Positions 12,380 to 21,515 of a stretch of 64,000 nt of DNA are shown here, piece by piece. The stretch covers positions 4,604-68,603 of the forward strand of contig JASJHQ010000043.1 of NCBI GenBank assembly GCA_037625715.1. Direction: 5' to 3'. Origin of the DNA: Flavobacteriales bacterium (lineage in GTDB: Bacteria > Bacteroidota > Bacteroidia > Flavobacteriales > UBA7312). The notes under the pieces were generated by a model. That model was not told the DNA's origin and searched no databases. It was given only the letters and a program-made list of their open reading frames with translations. The translations under genes and the position numbers were made by a program. Numbering within the stretch: position 1 is the stretch's first letter; each line of letters opens with the position of its first letter.

Positions 12380-12457
12380 TTTTAGTTTGTTTTTAGAGTA
12401 TCTTAAAAAATTATTGGAAGCGAAAATCCTTATCCAATACTCAGTTGCTTTAATACT

Positions 12458-13000
12458 CTATTCTTTTTCTACTTGCATAAAACTCAATTCAACAGGAGTT
12501 TTACGACCAAATATTTTTACTGTAACCTTTAACTTTTTCTTTTGTTCATCAATTTCTTCAATGAAACCACTGAAAGAATTGAAAGGACCATCTATAACTT
12601 TAACAGATTCTCCTACTACATAAGGAATAACCATTTCTTCATCCGTTAATGCTAATTCGTCTACTTTACCTAAAATTCTATTAACTTCAGATTGACGCAT
12701 TGGAACTGGTTCACCACCTTTAGTAGCGCCTAGAAAACCAATAACACCAGGAACTGATCTTATAGTGTGTGGAATTTCACCAACAAGATTGGCTTCAATT
12801 AAAATGTAGCCAGGAAAGAAATTACGCTCTTTGCTAATTTTTTTTCCATTTCTTATCTGAAAAACCTTTTCGGTTGGAACTAGGATTTGAGAAATAAAGT
12901 CAGTTAATTTTAATCGAGAAATTTCGTTCTCAATATAAGTAACAACTTTCTTTTCTTGTCCTCCTATTGCTCTAACTACGTACCAGTGCTTATCTGCCAT
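12458..13000 (-). CDS. nusG: Transcription termination/antitermination factor NusG
   Basis: WYVVRA, FFPGY, KOW motif VIDGPF, IFGRKTPVEL. Confidence 0.98.
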   Translation of the reverse strand: MADKHWYVVRAIGGQEKKVVTYIENEISRLKLTDFISQILVPTEKVFQIRNGKKISKERNFFPGYILIEANLVGEIPHTIRSVPGVIGFLGATKGGEPVPMRQSEVNRILGKVDELALTDEEMVIPYVVGESVKVIDGPFNSFSGFIEEIDEQKKKLKVTVKIFGRKTPVELSFMQVEKE

Positions 13001-13009
13001 TGTTATTTT

Positions 13010-13201
13010 TTAAAATAAATCGTAGAAAAATTTTGTTATGTTTTGGAAACTAATATCCATTACAAAAACTATAAGTGCAATAATTAGAGATGCAACAGCA
13101 ACAACTATAGAACTGCTTTGAAGTTCACTCCAAGTTGGCCACGATACTTTGTTAAGCAAATCGTCTGCTGACTCTTTAATATATTCTACAAATTTTGCCA
13201 T
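13010..13201 (-). CDS. secE: Preprotein translocase SecE (63 aa; start corrected to MAKFVEY)
   Basis: KVSWPT motif plus one TM; the longer ORF in the track runs through tRNA-Trp. Confidence 0.95.
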   Translation of the reverse strand: MAKFVEYIKESADDLLNKVSWPTWSELQSSSIVVAVASLIIALIVFVMDISFQNITKFFYDLF

Positions 13202-13217
13202 TTTATTATTTATTAAG

Positions 13218-13290
13218 CACGGGTGGAGAGACTCGAACTCCCAACCAATGGTTTTGGAGACCACTACTCTACCAATTGAGCTACACCCGT
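13218..13290 (-). tRNA. tRNA-Trp(CCA)
   Basis: ACGGGTGTAGCTCAATTGGTAGAGTAGTGGTCT-CCA-AAACCATTGGTTGGGAGTTCGAGTCTCTCCACCCGTG cloverleaf. Confidence 0.96.
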
Positions 13291-13301
13291 AAATAGCAAG
13301 A

Positions 13302-13326
13302 GGAAAGACCAAATTTTGATCTTTCC
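13302..13326 (-). other. Stem-loop between tuf and tRNA-Trp (processing or pause hairpin)
   Basis: GGAAAGACCAAA...TTGATCTTTCC inverted repeat. Confidence 0.5.
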
Positions 13327-13350
13327 TTCTGCCATGAATTAAAAACTATA

Positions 13351-14538
13351 CTATGAAACGATTTCAGTAATCTGACCAGCACCAACAGTTCTACCACCCT
13401 CACGGATTGCAAATCTTAAACCGATACTCATCGCTACCTTAGCAATCAATTCAACAGTAATAGTTAAGTTATCACCTGGCATCACCATTTCAGTTCCATC
13501 AGGAAGTTGGATCTCACCAGTTACATCTGTAGTTCTAATGTAGAACTGAGGACGATATTTGTTATGGAATGGAGTATGACGTCCACCCTCTTCTTTCTTA
13601 AGGATATAAACCTCTGCTTTGAAAGTAGTGTGAGGAGTTACAGAACCTGGCTTACAGATTACCATAACTCTTCTAATATCAGTTTTCTCAATACCACGTA
13701 GTAAGATACCAACATTATCACCAGCTTCACCTCTATCTAAAATCTTACGGAACATCTCTACTCCAGTAACTGTAGAAGCAAGTTTTTCAGCACCCATACC
13801 AATAATATCTACACCATCACCTGTGTTAGCAACACCAGTCTCAATACGACCAGTAGCTACAGTACCACGGCCGGTAATTGTAAATACATCTTCAATTGGC
13901 ATTAGGAAGTCTTTCGCATTATCACGAACAGGCTCAGGAATATGAGCATCAACAGCTTCCATTAATTTCATTACAGTATCAACCCATTGAGCTTCTCCGT
14001 TCAATGCACCAAGTGCAGATCCAGAGATAACTGGAGAGTTATCACCGTCAAAATCGTAGAAAGAAAGCAATTCTCTTACTTCCATCTCAACTAATTCTAG
14101 AAGTTCTTCATCATCTACCATATCCACTTTGTTAAGGAATACGACAACAGAAGGAACACCTACCTGACGAGCTAATAAAATATGTTCTCTTGTTTGGGGC
14201 ATTGGACCATCGGTCGCAGCACAAACTAAAATTGCACCATCCATTTGAGCAGCACCAGTAACCATGTTCTTTACGTAATCGGCGTGACCTGGACAGTCAA
14301 CGTGTGCGTAATGACGGTTAGCAGTTTCATACTCAACGTGAGATGTGTTGATAGTAATACCTCTTTCTTTTTCTTCTGGAGCGTTATCGATAGAGTCAAA
14401 CGCTTGAGCTTCACACAATCCAGCGTCCGCCAATACCTTGGTAATAGCGGCAGTCAAGGTAGTTTTTCCGTGGTCAACATGACCAATTGTACCAATATTC
14501 AAGTGTGGTTTGGTACGATTAAAATTCTCTTTTGCCAT
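13351..14538 (-). CDS. tuf: Elongation factor Tu
   Basis: [28 protein letters not shown]. Confidence 0.99.
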   Translation of the reverse strand: MAKENFNRTKPHLNIGTIGHVDHGKTTLTAAITKVLADAGLCEAQAFDSIDNAPEEKERGITINTSHVEYETANRHYAHVDCPGHADYVKNMVTGAAQMDGAILVCAATDGPMPQTREHILLARQVGVPSVVVFLNKVDMVDDEELLELVEMEVRELLSFYDFDGDNSPVISGSALGALNGEAQWVDTVMKLMEAVDAHIPEPVRDNAKDFLMPIEDVFTITGRGTVATGRIETGVANTGDGVDIIGMGAEKLASTVTGVEMFRKILDRGEAGDNVGILLRGIEKTDIRRVMVICKPGSVTPHTTFKAEVYILKKEEGGRHTPFHNKYRPQFYIRTTDVTGEIQLPDGTEMVMPGDNLTITVELIAKVAMSIGLRFAIREGGRTVGAGQITEIVS

Positions 14539-14604
14539 AGCTAGCTATTTTTAAATTAATTAATATTTAACCTTTTATAAACAAGGCTGTTTTTTTATCC
14601 ATTG

Positions 14605-14676
14605 AGCCAATGACGGGAATTGAACCCGTGACCTCTTCCTTACCAAGGAAACGCTCTGCCTCTGAGCTACATCGGC
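14605..14676 (-). tRNA. tRNA-Thr(GGT)
   Basis: GCCGATGTAGCTCAG...TTCCTT-GGT-AAGGAA...GGTTCAATTCCCGTCATTGGCT. Confidence 0.95.
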
Positions 14677-14685
14677 TTAGTTAAG

Positions 14686-14759
14686 AGCGGGAGACGGGAT
14701 TCGAACCCGCGACCCTCAGCTTGGAAGGCTGATGCTCTGGCCAGCTGAGCTACTCCCGC
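14686..14759 (-). tRNA. tRNA-Gly(TCC)
   Basis: GCGGGAGTAGCTCAG...TCAGCCT-TCC-AAGCTGA...GGTTCGAATCCCGTCTCCCGCT. Confidence 0.96.
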
Positions 14760-14769
14760 TTAATTGTTG

Positions 14770-14851
14770 TGGGGGGAGAAGGATTCGAACCTTCGAAGGC
14801 GAAGCCAGCAGATTTACAGTCTGCCCTCGTTGACCGCTTGAGTATCCCCCC
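14770..14851 (-). tRNA. tRNA-Tyr(GTA)
   Basis: GGGGGGATACTCAAGCGG...GCAGACT-GTA-AATCTGC, long variable arm, GGTTCGAATCC. Confidence 0.96.
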
Positions 14852-14884
14852 AAAAAACAATATTGCTCTCTAAACTAAGAACTG

Positions 14885-14958
14885 AGCCGCTAGAGGGACT
14901 CGAACCCACGACCTGCTGATTACAAATCAGCTGCTCTAGCCAACTGAGCTATAGCGGC
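14885..14958 (-). tRNA. tRNA-Thr(TGT)
   Basis: GCCGCTATAGCTCAG...GCTGATT-TGT-AATCAGC...GGTTCGAGTCCCTCTAGCGGCT. Confidence 0.95.
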
Positions 14959-15002
14959 AATTTCAATACATAAAAAAACAGCCCCTCTTTAAAAAGGGAC
15001 TG

Positions 15003-15010
15003 CAAATGTA
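15003..15010 (-). promoter_or_regulatory. -7 promoter element of the tRNA-tuf operon
   Basis: TACATTTG on the minus strand, followed by a hairpin (14980-15002) and the tRNA cluster. Confidence 0.7.
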
Positions 15011-15086
15011 TTAAATTTTTGTTTTGTACAAAAACTAATGTTATTTTTTTATGTTTTTTTTTAATACTAGATAGATGTTAACAATA

Positions 15087-15383
15087 TTAGACCCTGTTTT
15101 TCTCTTTATTTCGTAATAACTGCTTTCGTAAAGCCTCCGCAGAAGAGTCAACAGCCTCCTCAAATGTCTTACATTGTTTACTTGCGAATATTTCTGACTT
15201 AGACATGGAAAGCTTTATTTCTACTACCTTATTCTCTAGTTCAGCACCAGGCTCTAGCTTTAAATAAACGTCAGCACTAATTATTAGATTTTCGAACAAT
15301 GCTAACTTTTCTAATTTTTTTTCAATAAAATTTATTAGTTTTTTGTCAGATGTAAAACGAACAGAGTGAATGTTAACTTTCAT
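15087..15383 (-). CDS. hpf: Ribosome hibernation promoting factor (HPF/RaiA)
   Basis: MKVNIHSVRF...FASKQCKTFEEAVD; conserved position after xerC. Confidence 0.92.
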   Translation of the reverse strand: MKVNIHSVRFTSDKKLINFIEKKLEKLALFENLIISADVYLKLEPGAELENKVVEIKLSMSKSEIFASKQCKTFEEAVDSSAEALRKQLLRNKEKNRV

Positions 15384-15395
15384 AATAAATTAGAT

Positions 15396-16271
15396 TTAGG
15401 CTCTAGGATGAGCGTTGTTATAAACTGATTTTAATTCTTTAATCGAATTATGAGTATATATTTGAGTAGCCGCTAAGTTAGCGTGACCAAGTATTTCTTT
15501 AATAGCATTCAAATCGGCCCCATTATTTAACATGTGCGTGGCAAATGTATGCCTTAACACATGAGGGTTAATTTTATTGGAGGACGTCATTAATAAATAT
15601 TTTCTAACCCTCCTGTAAACAAGGGATGGATATAACTTCTTACCTTTTTTTGTAAGAAGGAAAAAAGATTTATCGATCACACTACTAATATTACTTCTTT
15701 GCTCCAAATACGATTCTATCGATTTTTTTAATTCTTTATTTAACGGAACAAATCGCTCTTTGTTTCGTTTTCCTAAAACTTTTAACTTATTAGCTGATAA
15801 ATCAACATCAAAAAGCTTAATATTTATTAATTCGCTTCTTCTTATACCTGTAGAATAAAACAAATCAATTATAAGTCGATCTAAAACTCCATCATAATTA
15901 TCTTGGAAAACAAAATTGTCTAGCAAAGAATTAATCTGATCCTCTACTATAAAAGCAGGAATTTTTTTAGCAACCTTAGAGTAACTAAGCTTTAAAGAAG
16001 GATTGGTTTTCATCTCTCCTATCAAAAACAGGTACTTATAAAATGACTTGAGAGATGTAATCTTTCTATTAATAGATTTAGACTGTATAGAATTTGTAAG
16101 ATGTAAAACCCAAGACCTAAGCATTTGATGATTGACTGATTTTACATCAGTATCATAAGTGAGTTTGAGATAGTCTTGAAATTGATTCAAGTCTACAGAA
16201 TAGGAAGAAACAGTATTTGGAGAATACCTTTTCTCAAGCTCTAGATATTTTAAAAATTGAATTATAGGCAT
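15396..16271 (-). CDS. xerC: Chromosomal tyrosine recombinase XerC
   Basis: Catalytic R (GIRRSEL), K (GKRNKER), HxLRH, LGH, TQIY; conserved rpsU-xerC-hpf context. Confidence 0.88.
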   Translation of the reverse strand: MPIIQFLKYLELEKRYSPNTVSSYSVDLNQFQDYLKLTYDTDVKSVNHQMLRSWVLHLTNSIQSKSINRKITSLKSFYKYLFLIGEMKTNPSLKLSYSKVAKKIPAFIVEDQINSLLDNFVFQDNYDGVLDRLIIDLFYSTGIRRSELINIKLFDVDLSANKLKVLGKRNKERFVPLNKELKKSIESYLEQRSNISSVIDKSFFLLTKKGKKLYPSLVYRRVRKYLLMTSSNKINPHVLRHTFATHMLNNGADLNAIKEILGHANLAATQIYTHNSIKELKSVYNNAHPRA

Positions 16272-16330
16272 AAAAAAAAGAGACAGGATAACTACGAATA
16301 TAATAAAAATATTGCGGTTAACAGTCTCTT
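16272..16330 (-). terminator. Long imperfect hairpin plus U-tract after rpsU, containing a TATATTCG promoter-like box
   Basis: Minus strand AAGAGACTGTTAACCGCAATAT...ATATTCGTAGTTATCCTGTCTCTTTTTTTT. Confidence 0.6.
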
Positions 16331-16353
16331 AAAATCTTGAAAAGAAAAGAAAT

Positions 16354-16545
16354 TTAATCTTCTTCTCTTTGTAATTTCTCTTTATAAGCAGCTCTTATCT
16401 TTTGAGTTCTAAGTTCTACAGATTTTTTTGTAAAGTCTCTACGATCTCTCAACTGTCTCATAGTCTGAGTCATCGTAAATTTCTTTTTAAATCTTTTTAA
16501 AGCTCTATCAATTGATTCGCCGTCTTTTACTGGAATGATTATCAT
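16354..16545 (-). CDS. rpsU: 30S ribosomal protein bS21
   Basis: MIIIPVKDGESIDRALKRFKKKF...FTKKSV...AAY54. Confidence 0.97.
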   Translation of the reverse strand: MIIIPVKDGESIDRALKRFKKKFTMTQTMRQLRDRRDFTKKSVELRTQKIRAAYKEKLQREED

Positions 16546-16569
16546 TATTTACATTTATTAAATGGGCAG

Positions 16570-16577
16570 CAAATATA
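16570..16577 (-). promoter_or_regulatory. -7 promoter element of rpsU
   Basis: TATATTTG 24 nt upstream of the ATG. Confidence 0.7.
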
Positions 16578-16602
16578 CAAATATCTGTTACAAAATCAAC
16601 TA

Positions 16603-17742
16603 TTACTTTAAAATTTGCTTAGCAATCACAATTTTTTGAATTTCAGAGGTTCCTTCCCCTATTGTACACAGCTTAGAATCTCTTAAAAATCTTTCTACAA
16701 TAAAATCTTTAGTATAACCGTAACCTCCATGAATCTGGACAGCATCCAAAGACACTTTAACAGCAACTTCTGACGAATAATACTTAGACTTAGAACCCGA
16801 AAGTGTCACATTTCCACCAGAAATCTTGTCGTTAACAGCCTGATAAGTTAATAATTCAGCGGCATCAATAGTGGTAGCCATATCAGCTAACTTAAATGCG
16901 ATAGCTTGGTGTTCGGCAATTGGCTTCCCGAATTGACTTCTTTCTTTGGCATATTTTAAAGATGCTTGATAAGCACCCATTGCAATACCTAAAGACAAGG
17001 CAGAAATAGAAATTCTTCCGCCATCCAATACCTTCATAGCCTGAATAAATCCTTCTCCTTCATTTCCTAAGAGCTGATCATTAGAAACTCTACAGTTATC
17101 AAAAACAAGTTCAGCAGTCTCAGAGGCTCTCATCCCAAGTTTGTCTTCTTTTTTGCCGTGAGTGAAGCCAGGAGTTCCTTTTTCGACAACAAAGGCTGAC
17201 ATGCCTCTAGAATCCCCTTTTTCGCCCGTTCTAACTATAACAACTGCAACGTCTCCGCTTATAGCGTGAGTAATGAAGTTTTTAGATCCGTTTATGACCC
17301 AATGGTCGCCGTCTTTTTTTGCAACTGTCGACATAGCACCAGAATCAGAACCAGTATTATGCTCTGTTAATCCCCAAGCACCAATCCATTCTGCCGTAGC
17401 TAATTTTGGTAAATATTTTTTCTTTTGTTCTTCCGATCCAAATTGTAGTATATGACCAGTACATAAAGAATTGTGAGCTGCCATTGACAATCCTATTGAA
17501 GGGTCAATAATAGAAAGTTCTTGAATTGCTGTTACGTATTCAGCATATGAAAAACCCGAACCTCCGTATTCAACAGGAACTAAAACTCCCATCAAACCCA
17601 TTTCTCCTAGTTTTTTAAAAACATCGACAGGAAAAAATTGTTCATCGTCCCATTTTCTAGAAAAGGGAGAAATTTCTCTCTCTCCAAAAACGCGTATCAT
17701 ATCAGCAATTAAAAGCTGATTTTCATTTTTTGTGAAATTCAT
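16603..17742 (-). CDS. Acyl-CoA dehydrogenase
   Basis: WGLTE...GSD, NGSKNFIT, R-QFGKPI, QIHGGYGY, IGEGTSEIQ. Confidence 0.95.
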   Translation of the reverse strand: MNFTKNENQLLIADMIRVFGEREISPFSRKWDDEQFFPVDVFKKLGEMGLMGVLVPVEYGGSGFSYAEYVTAIQELSIIDPSIGLSMAAHNSLCTGHILQFGSEEQKKKYLPKLATAEWIGAWGLTEHNTGSDSGAMSTVAKKDGDHWVINGSKNFITHAISGDVAVVIVRTGEKGDSRGMSAFVVEKGTPGFTHGKKEDKLGMRASETAELVFDNCRVSNDQLLGNEGEGFIQAMKVLDGGRISISALSLGIAMGAYQASLKYAKERSQFGKPIAEHQAIAFKLADMATTIDAAELLTYQAVNDKISGGNVTLSGSKSKYYSSEVAVKVSLDAVQIHGGYGYTKDFIVERFLRDSKLCTIGEGTSEIQKIVIAKQILK

Positions 17743-18275
17743 GATTTATATTTAGTTAAAGAAATAATGGCATCACTATGATTTAGCAATGATGTATTTC
17801 CATTTAAAAAACTCAATTCTACTATAAAAGCAAATGCACAAACATTAGCATCTAACTTATTTATCAGTTTAGCTGCAGCATTGGCAGTTCCACCAGTTGC
17901 CAACAAATCGTCATGAACAACTACGTTCCAGCCTTTTTTTAGCGCATCGGCATGAATCTCAATAGTTGCTTTACCATATTCTAAGTCATAATCCTGAGAA
18001 ATTGTATCAAAAGGAAGTTTTCCCTTTTTACGAATAGGAATAAATGGAACGTTTAGTCTATTGGCTAAAACCATTCCGAATATAAAGCCTCTACTTTCAA
18101 CACCTGCGACCGCATCAACATTAATACCAGACAATCTTTGGACAAAAGAATCTATGATATTCTTAGACATTTCTACATTTTGAAATAATGGCGTAATGTC
18201 TTTGTAAGAAATTCCTTTTTTAGGAAAATCTTCTATCACTCTAATCTGATTTTTTAATTCTTGATCAATCATCAA
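17739..18275 (-). CDS. apt: Adenine phosphoribosyltransferase
   Basis: DFPKKGI, ESRGF, RKKGKLP, DDLLATGGT. Confidence 0.96.
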   Translation of the reverse strand: MMIDQELKNQIRVIEDFPKKGISYKDITPLFQNVEMSKNIIDSFVQRLSGINVDAVAGVESRGFIFGMVLANRLNVPFIPIRKKGKLPFDTISQDYDLEYGKATIEIHADALKKGWNVVVHDDLLATGGTANAAAKLINKLDANVCAFAFIVELSFLNGNTSLLNHSDAIISLTKYKS

Positions 18276-18873
18276 AGTCTAAATAAGGCAACAAAATATT
18301 AAAAGTAACGGTATCTATTAAATATAAATTCATTAGCTCATAATCGTGAGAAAACTCACCATGATTACTTCTGTAATTCACAATACTATTAGCCAATTTA
18401 TAACTTATAAATGGATGTTTCGATAATTCGTTAGCGCTTACAAAGTTAATATCTATTTTTTGAACTAAAGATAAATCGACAGAAATTTGATGTTTAAAAT
18501 CTTCATACACATTAGTATCCATTGCATATACATCAAGTAATTGATTTTTACTATGAAAGCCCCCTAGTAAATCTCTATACCTGACAATTCGCTTAGACAA
18601 GACAGAACCAATACCATAAATCTGTTTCAGCATTGTAGTATCAGCAGAATTAAGCTCAACAGAAATCTTTGGATAACTCTTTTTGTATGTATAAGAAGTA
18701 GATTTTATTTTGTTTCTCTTACTGACAACATACTTCTTTTCAATCTCAATTTGTTTTTCAAGCTTTGCTATTTGATCTTTAAAAGAAGAAAAATCAATGT
18801 AGGCCTCCTTCTGATTGAACTGAACATACTTATAAATTGCTATAATAAAAATAATTAAGCATAAGAATAACAT
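18265..18873 (-). CDS. ComEA-like helix-hairpin-helix DNA-binding protein (true start may be ~18915)
   Basis: N-terminal TM, ELNSADTTMLKQIYGIG, second HhH DINFVSANELSKHPFI. Confidence 0.85.
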   Translation of the reverse strand: MLFLCLIIFIIAIYKYVQFNQKEAYIDFSSFKDQIAKLEKQIEIEKKYVVSKRNKIKSTSYTYKKSYPKISVELNSADTTMLKQIYGIGSVLSKRIVRYRDLLGGFHSKNQLLDVYAMDTNVYEDFKHQISVDLSLVQKIDINFVSANELSKHPFISYKLANSIVNYRSNHGEFSHDYELMNLYLIDTVTFNILLPYLDFDD

Positions 18874-18923
18874 TCCGAAACGCTGGCTTTTATTGTAAGT
18901 GAAGAAGTTTTTGATGGCAGAAT

Positions 18924-20435
18924 TTACTTGAATCTTTTAATCGCTCCTGTTTTTATTTTTTCAAAATACGTTTTCATATCTAATTTAACCTCCCCTGAAA
19001 GGATCAATAAACCTAAAATATTAGGAAAGGCCATTGCAAGAATCATCATATCAGAAAAATCGATAACAGCTCCTAAACTCACAGAGGAACCAATAACAAT
19101 AAAGACTAGAAATATAAACTTATAAACTAGCTCAGATTTCTTAGAAGAACCAAATAAAAATGTCCAAGACTTTAATCCGTAATAAGACCATGAAATCATA
19201 GTAGAAAAAGCAAATAAGAAAATCGCGATTACTAAAACATAAGGAAACCAAGAAATCACACTACCAAAAGCTTGAGAAGTAAGCTGAGCTCCTTCCAGAT
19301 TTTGAACTCCAGAAAAACCAGTAATAATTATGACTAAGGCTGTCATAGTACAAATAACGACAGTATCAATAAAAGGCTCTAATAAAGAAACAATTCCTTC
19401 GCTTACAGGCTCATTAGTTTTTGCAGCAGAGTGAGCGATAGAAGCAGAACCTACTCCGGCTTCGTTAGAAAAAGCAGCTCTTCTAAATCCTTGAATTAAC
19501 ACTCCTATAAAACCACCAAAAGCAGCAGACGGAGCAAAAGCACCTTCAATAATCATGGAGAATGCTTTTCCGATGAACGCATAGTTTATTGCAATAATTA
19601 CCAAGGCTGCAGCTACATATAAAACTGCCATGAAAGGAACAATTTTCTCCGTCACTTTGGCAATACTTTTAATACCTCCAATAATTACAACACCTACAAG
19701 AATTGCTAGTATTATTCCGAATATCGGACCGTTACCTTCCAAAACTGGAAACTGACCAGACAATTGTGCAAATGCCTGATTGGCCTGAAACATATTACCT
19801 CCTCCAAACGAACCGCCAATACACAAAATAGCAAACAAGACAGCCAATACTTTTCCTAAATTAGTAAAGCCATATTTAGCAAGACCATTTTTTAGATAAT
19901 ACATTGGACCACCCGAAATTTCACCATTTTCATTAACGATTCTATATTTAACACCTAGAGTACATTCCACAAACTTAGATGACATACCAAGCAAACCAGC
20001 TACAATCATCCAAAAAGTAGCACCAGGGCCACCCACCGTTATTGCTACAGCAACTCCAGCAATATTACCTAAACCAACCGTTGCCGACAATGCTGTAGTC
20101 AAAGCTTGAAAGTGAGATACTTCTCCCTTATCTTGAGGATCATCAAATTTTCCTTGAATCAATTCAATAGCATGTTTAAACCCTCTTATATTAATAAAGC
20201 CCATTTTAAAAGTGAAAAATAAAGCTCCAAATACCAACCATATAACAACAATAGGAATGTCTGCTCCTACATCGAAACCTAATGCAGCAATAGGATCCCA
20301 AAAGACTACCTTAGCAAGTACTGAAACAATAGGCACAAAAAAGCCATTAATTTTATCACTTAAAGAAATAATACTTTCAGCAAATACGCTAGTCGAAACA
20401 AAAAACATTGAAAATAGTGTAAGGAATTTTTTCAT
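18924..20435 (-). CDS. Alanine/glycine:cation symporter (AGCS family)
   Basis: ATVGLGNIAGV, GGPGATFWM, GGPMYY, FSNEAGVGS. Confidence 0.95.
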   Translation of the reverse strand: MKKFLTLFSMFFVSTSVFAESIISLSDKINGFFVPIVSVLAKVVFWDPIAALGFDVGADIPIVVIWLVFGALFFTFKMGFINIRGFKHAIELIQGKFDDPQDKGEVSHFQALTTALSATVGLGNIAGVAVAITVGGPGATFWMIVAGLLGMSSKFVECTLGVKYRIVNENGEISGGPMYYLKNGLAKYGFTNLGKVLAVLFAILCIGGSFGGGNMFQANQAFAQLSGQFPVLEGNGPIFGIILAILVGVVIIGGIKSIAKVTEKIVPFMAVLYVAAALVIIAINYAFIGKAFSMIIEGAFAPSAAFGGFIGVLIQGFRRAAFSNEAGVGSASIAHSAAKTNEPVSEGIVSLLEPFIDTVVICTMTALVIIITGFSGVQNLEGAQLTSQAFGSVISWFPYVLVIAIFLFAFSTMISWSYYGLKSWTFLFGSSKKSELVYKFIFLVFIVIGSSVSLGAVIDFSDMMILAMAFPNILGLLILSGEVKLDMKTYFEKIKTGAIKRFK

Positions 20436-20448
20436 TTTAAAATATGTG

Positions 20449-21351
20449 TTATTCTTTAATTAATTGATTTTCTAAAATTTGTAACCCTTGCTCAAAAGAG
20501 TGAGGCTGGTAACCTAATTCCTTAATTGCCTTATCGAGAACAAATCCGGTTTTAGGTGGGCGTTTGGCTTTTTGATTTAATGTGTCAGACGAAATTTTGT
20601 TAATATTCGACTTATCGCATTTATAAAAATCAGCCATTCTCTCTACCATTTCAAAAATACTCATTATATCTTTACCCGATACATTGAATATTCCGAAAGC
20701 ATTTTTCTCTAAAGCTAATCGGCAAGCTTGAGCTAAATCTTCTGCTAAAGTTGGTGAACGAAACTGATCATCGATAATGTTTAAAGATTGTCCGTCTTTC
20801 AATGCTTTCCTTCCCCACAGAACAATATTATTGCGTTTTAAATTATCAGCTGTTCCGTACAATATAATGGTTCTAAGAATTGTCCAATTTGCTTTTGATT
20901 CATCAAGAACTAATTCAGATTCGTACTTAGACTTTCCATAATAACTTAAAGGATTAGCGAGATCATCTTCTTTGTAAGGACCATCCTGACCATCAAAAAT
21001 AAAATCAGTAGAAATATGAATTAAATGTGCATTAGAATCTTGGCATAAATCAGCAAGCGTTTGAACAGCTTTTACATTTATATCGAAACACTTATTTTTT
21101 TCATCTTCACAACCATCAACATTGGTCATGGCAGCAGTATTAATTACTACATCTGGTTTAAAAGAATGAAAAAGTAATTCCACAGATTTAGCATCTGTAA
21201 TATCTAAAGAGGAATAAGAATAATTGGACTTGTCGTTAATTATATTTTGGCCAGTAGATGTGGCTAAAAGTTGATGATCGTTTTTTAATAGAGAAACTAA
21301 CTTCTGACCGAGCAATCCGTTACTTCCAGTTATTAATATTTTCTTACTCAT
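20449..21351 (-). CDS. dTDP-4-dehydrorhamnose reductase-like SDR (RfbD/RmlD family)
   Basis: ITGSNGLLG, HISTDFIFDG, YGKSK, DDQFRSPT. Confidence 0.88.
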   Translation of the reverse strand: MSKKILITGSNGLLGQKLVSLLKNDHQLLATSTGQNIINDKSNYSYSSLDITDAKSVELLFHSFKPDVVINTAAMTNVDGCEDEKNKCFDINVKAVQTLADLCQDSNAHLIHISTDFIFDGQDGPYKEDDLANPLSYYGKSKYESELVLDESKANWTILRTIILYGTADNLKRNNIVLWGRKALKDGQSLNIIDDQFRSPTLAEDLAQACRLALEKNAFGIFNVSGKDIMSIFEMVERMADFYKCDKSNINKISSDTLNQKAKRPPKTGFVLDKAIKELGYQPHSFEQGLQILENQLIKE

Positions 21352-21515
21352 TAATTAAGTTTTGGCTTGACAATATATAAAACTAAATAGATTATTATTG
21401 GCGAACCGAAGCCAAGAATTGTAGCAATTATAAACAACAATCTTATTCCAGAAACATCTAAATCGAACTTATAAGAAAGCCATGCACAGACTCCTAAAAT
21501 TTTTTTTGAATTCAT
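21351..21515 (-). CDS. Second small PspC-domain protein (54 aa; not in the ORF track)
   Basis: Manual translation MNSKKILGVCAWLSYKFDLDVSGIRLLFIIATILGFGSPIIIYLVLYIVKPKLN; ATGA overlap with the upstream stop and TAATG overlap with the downstream start. Confidence 0.85.
   Translation of the reverse strand: MNSKKILGVCAWLSYKFDLDVSGIRLLFIIATILGFGSPIIIYLVLYIVKPKLN

Noticed and set aside
13202-13312. N-terminal extension of the 100-aa secE ORF
   Set aside because: It runs through tRNA-Trp; SecE-like sequence begins at the ATG at 13201
15396-16271. Tyrosine recombinase near a tRNA cluster as a prophage/ICE integrase
   Set aside because: XerC size and motifs, conserved rpsU-xerC-hpf context, no att repeats or cargo
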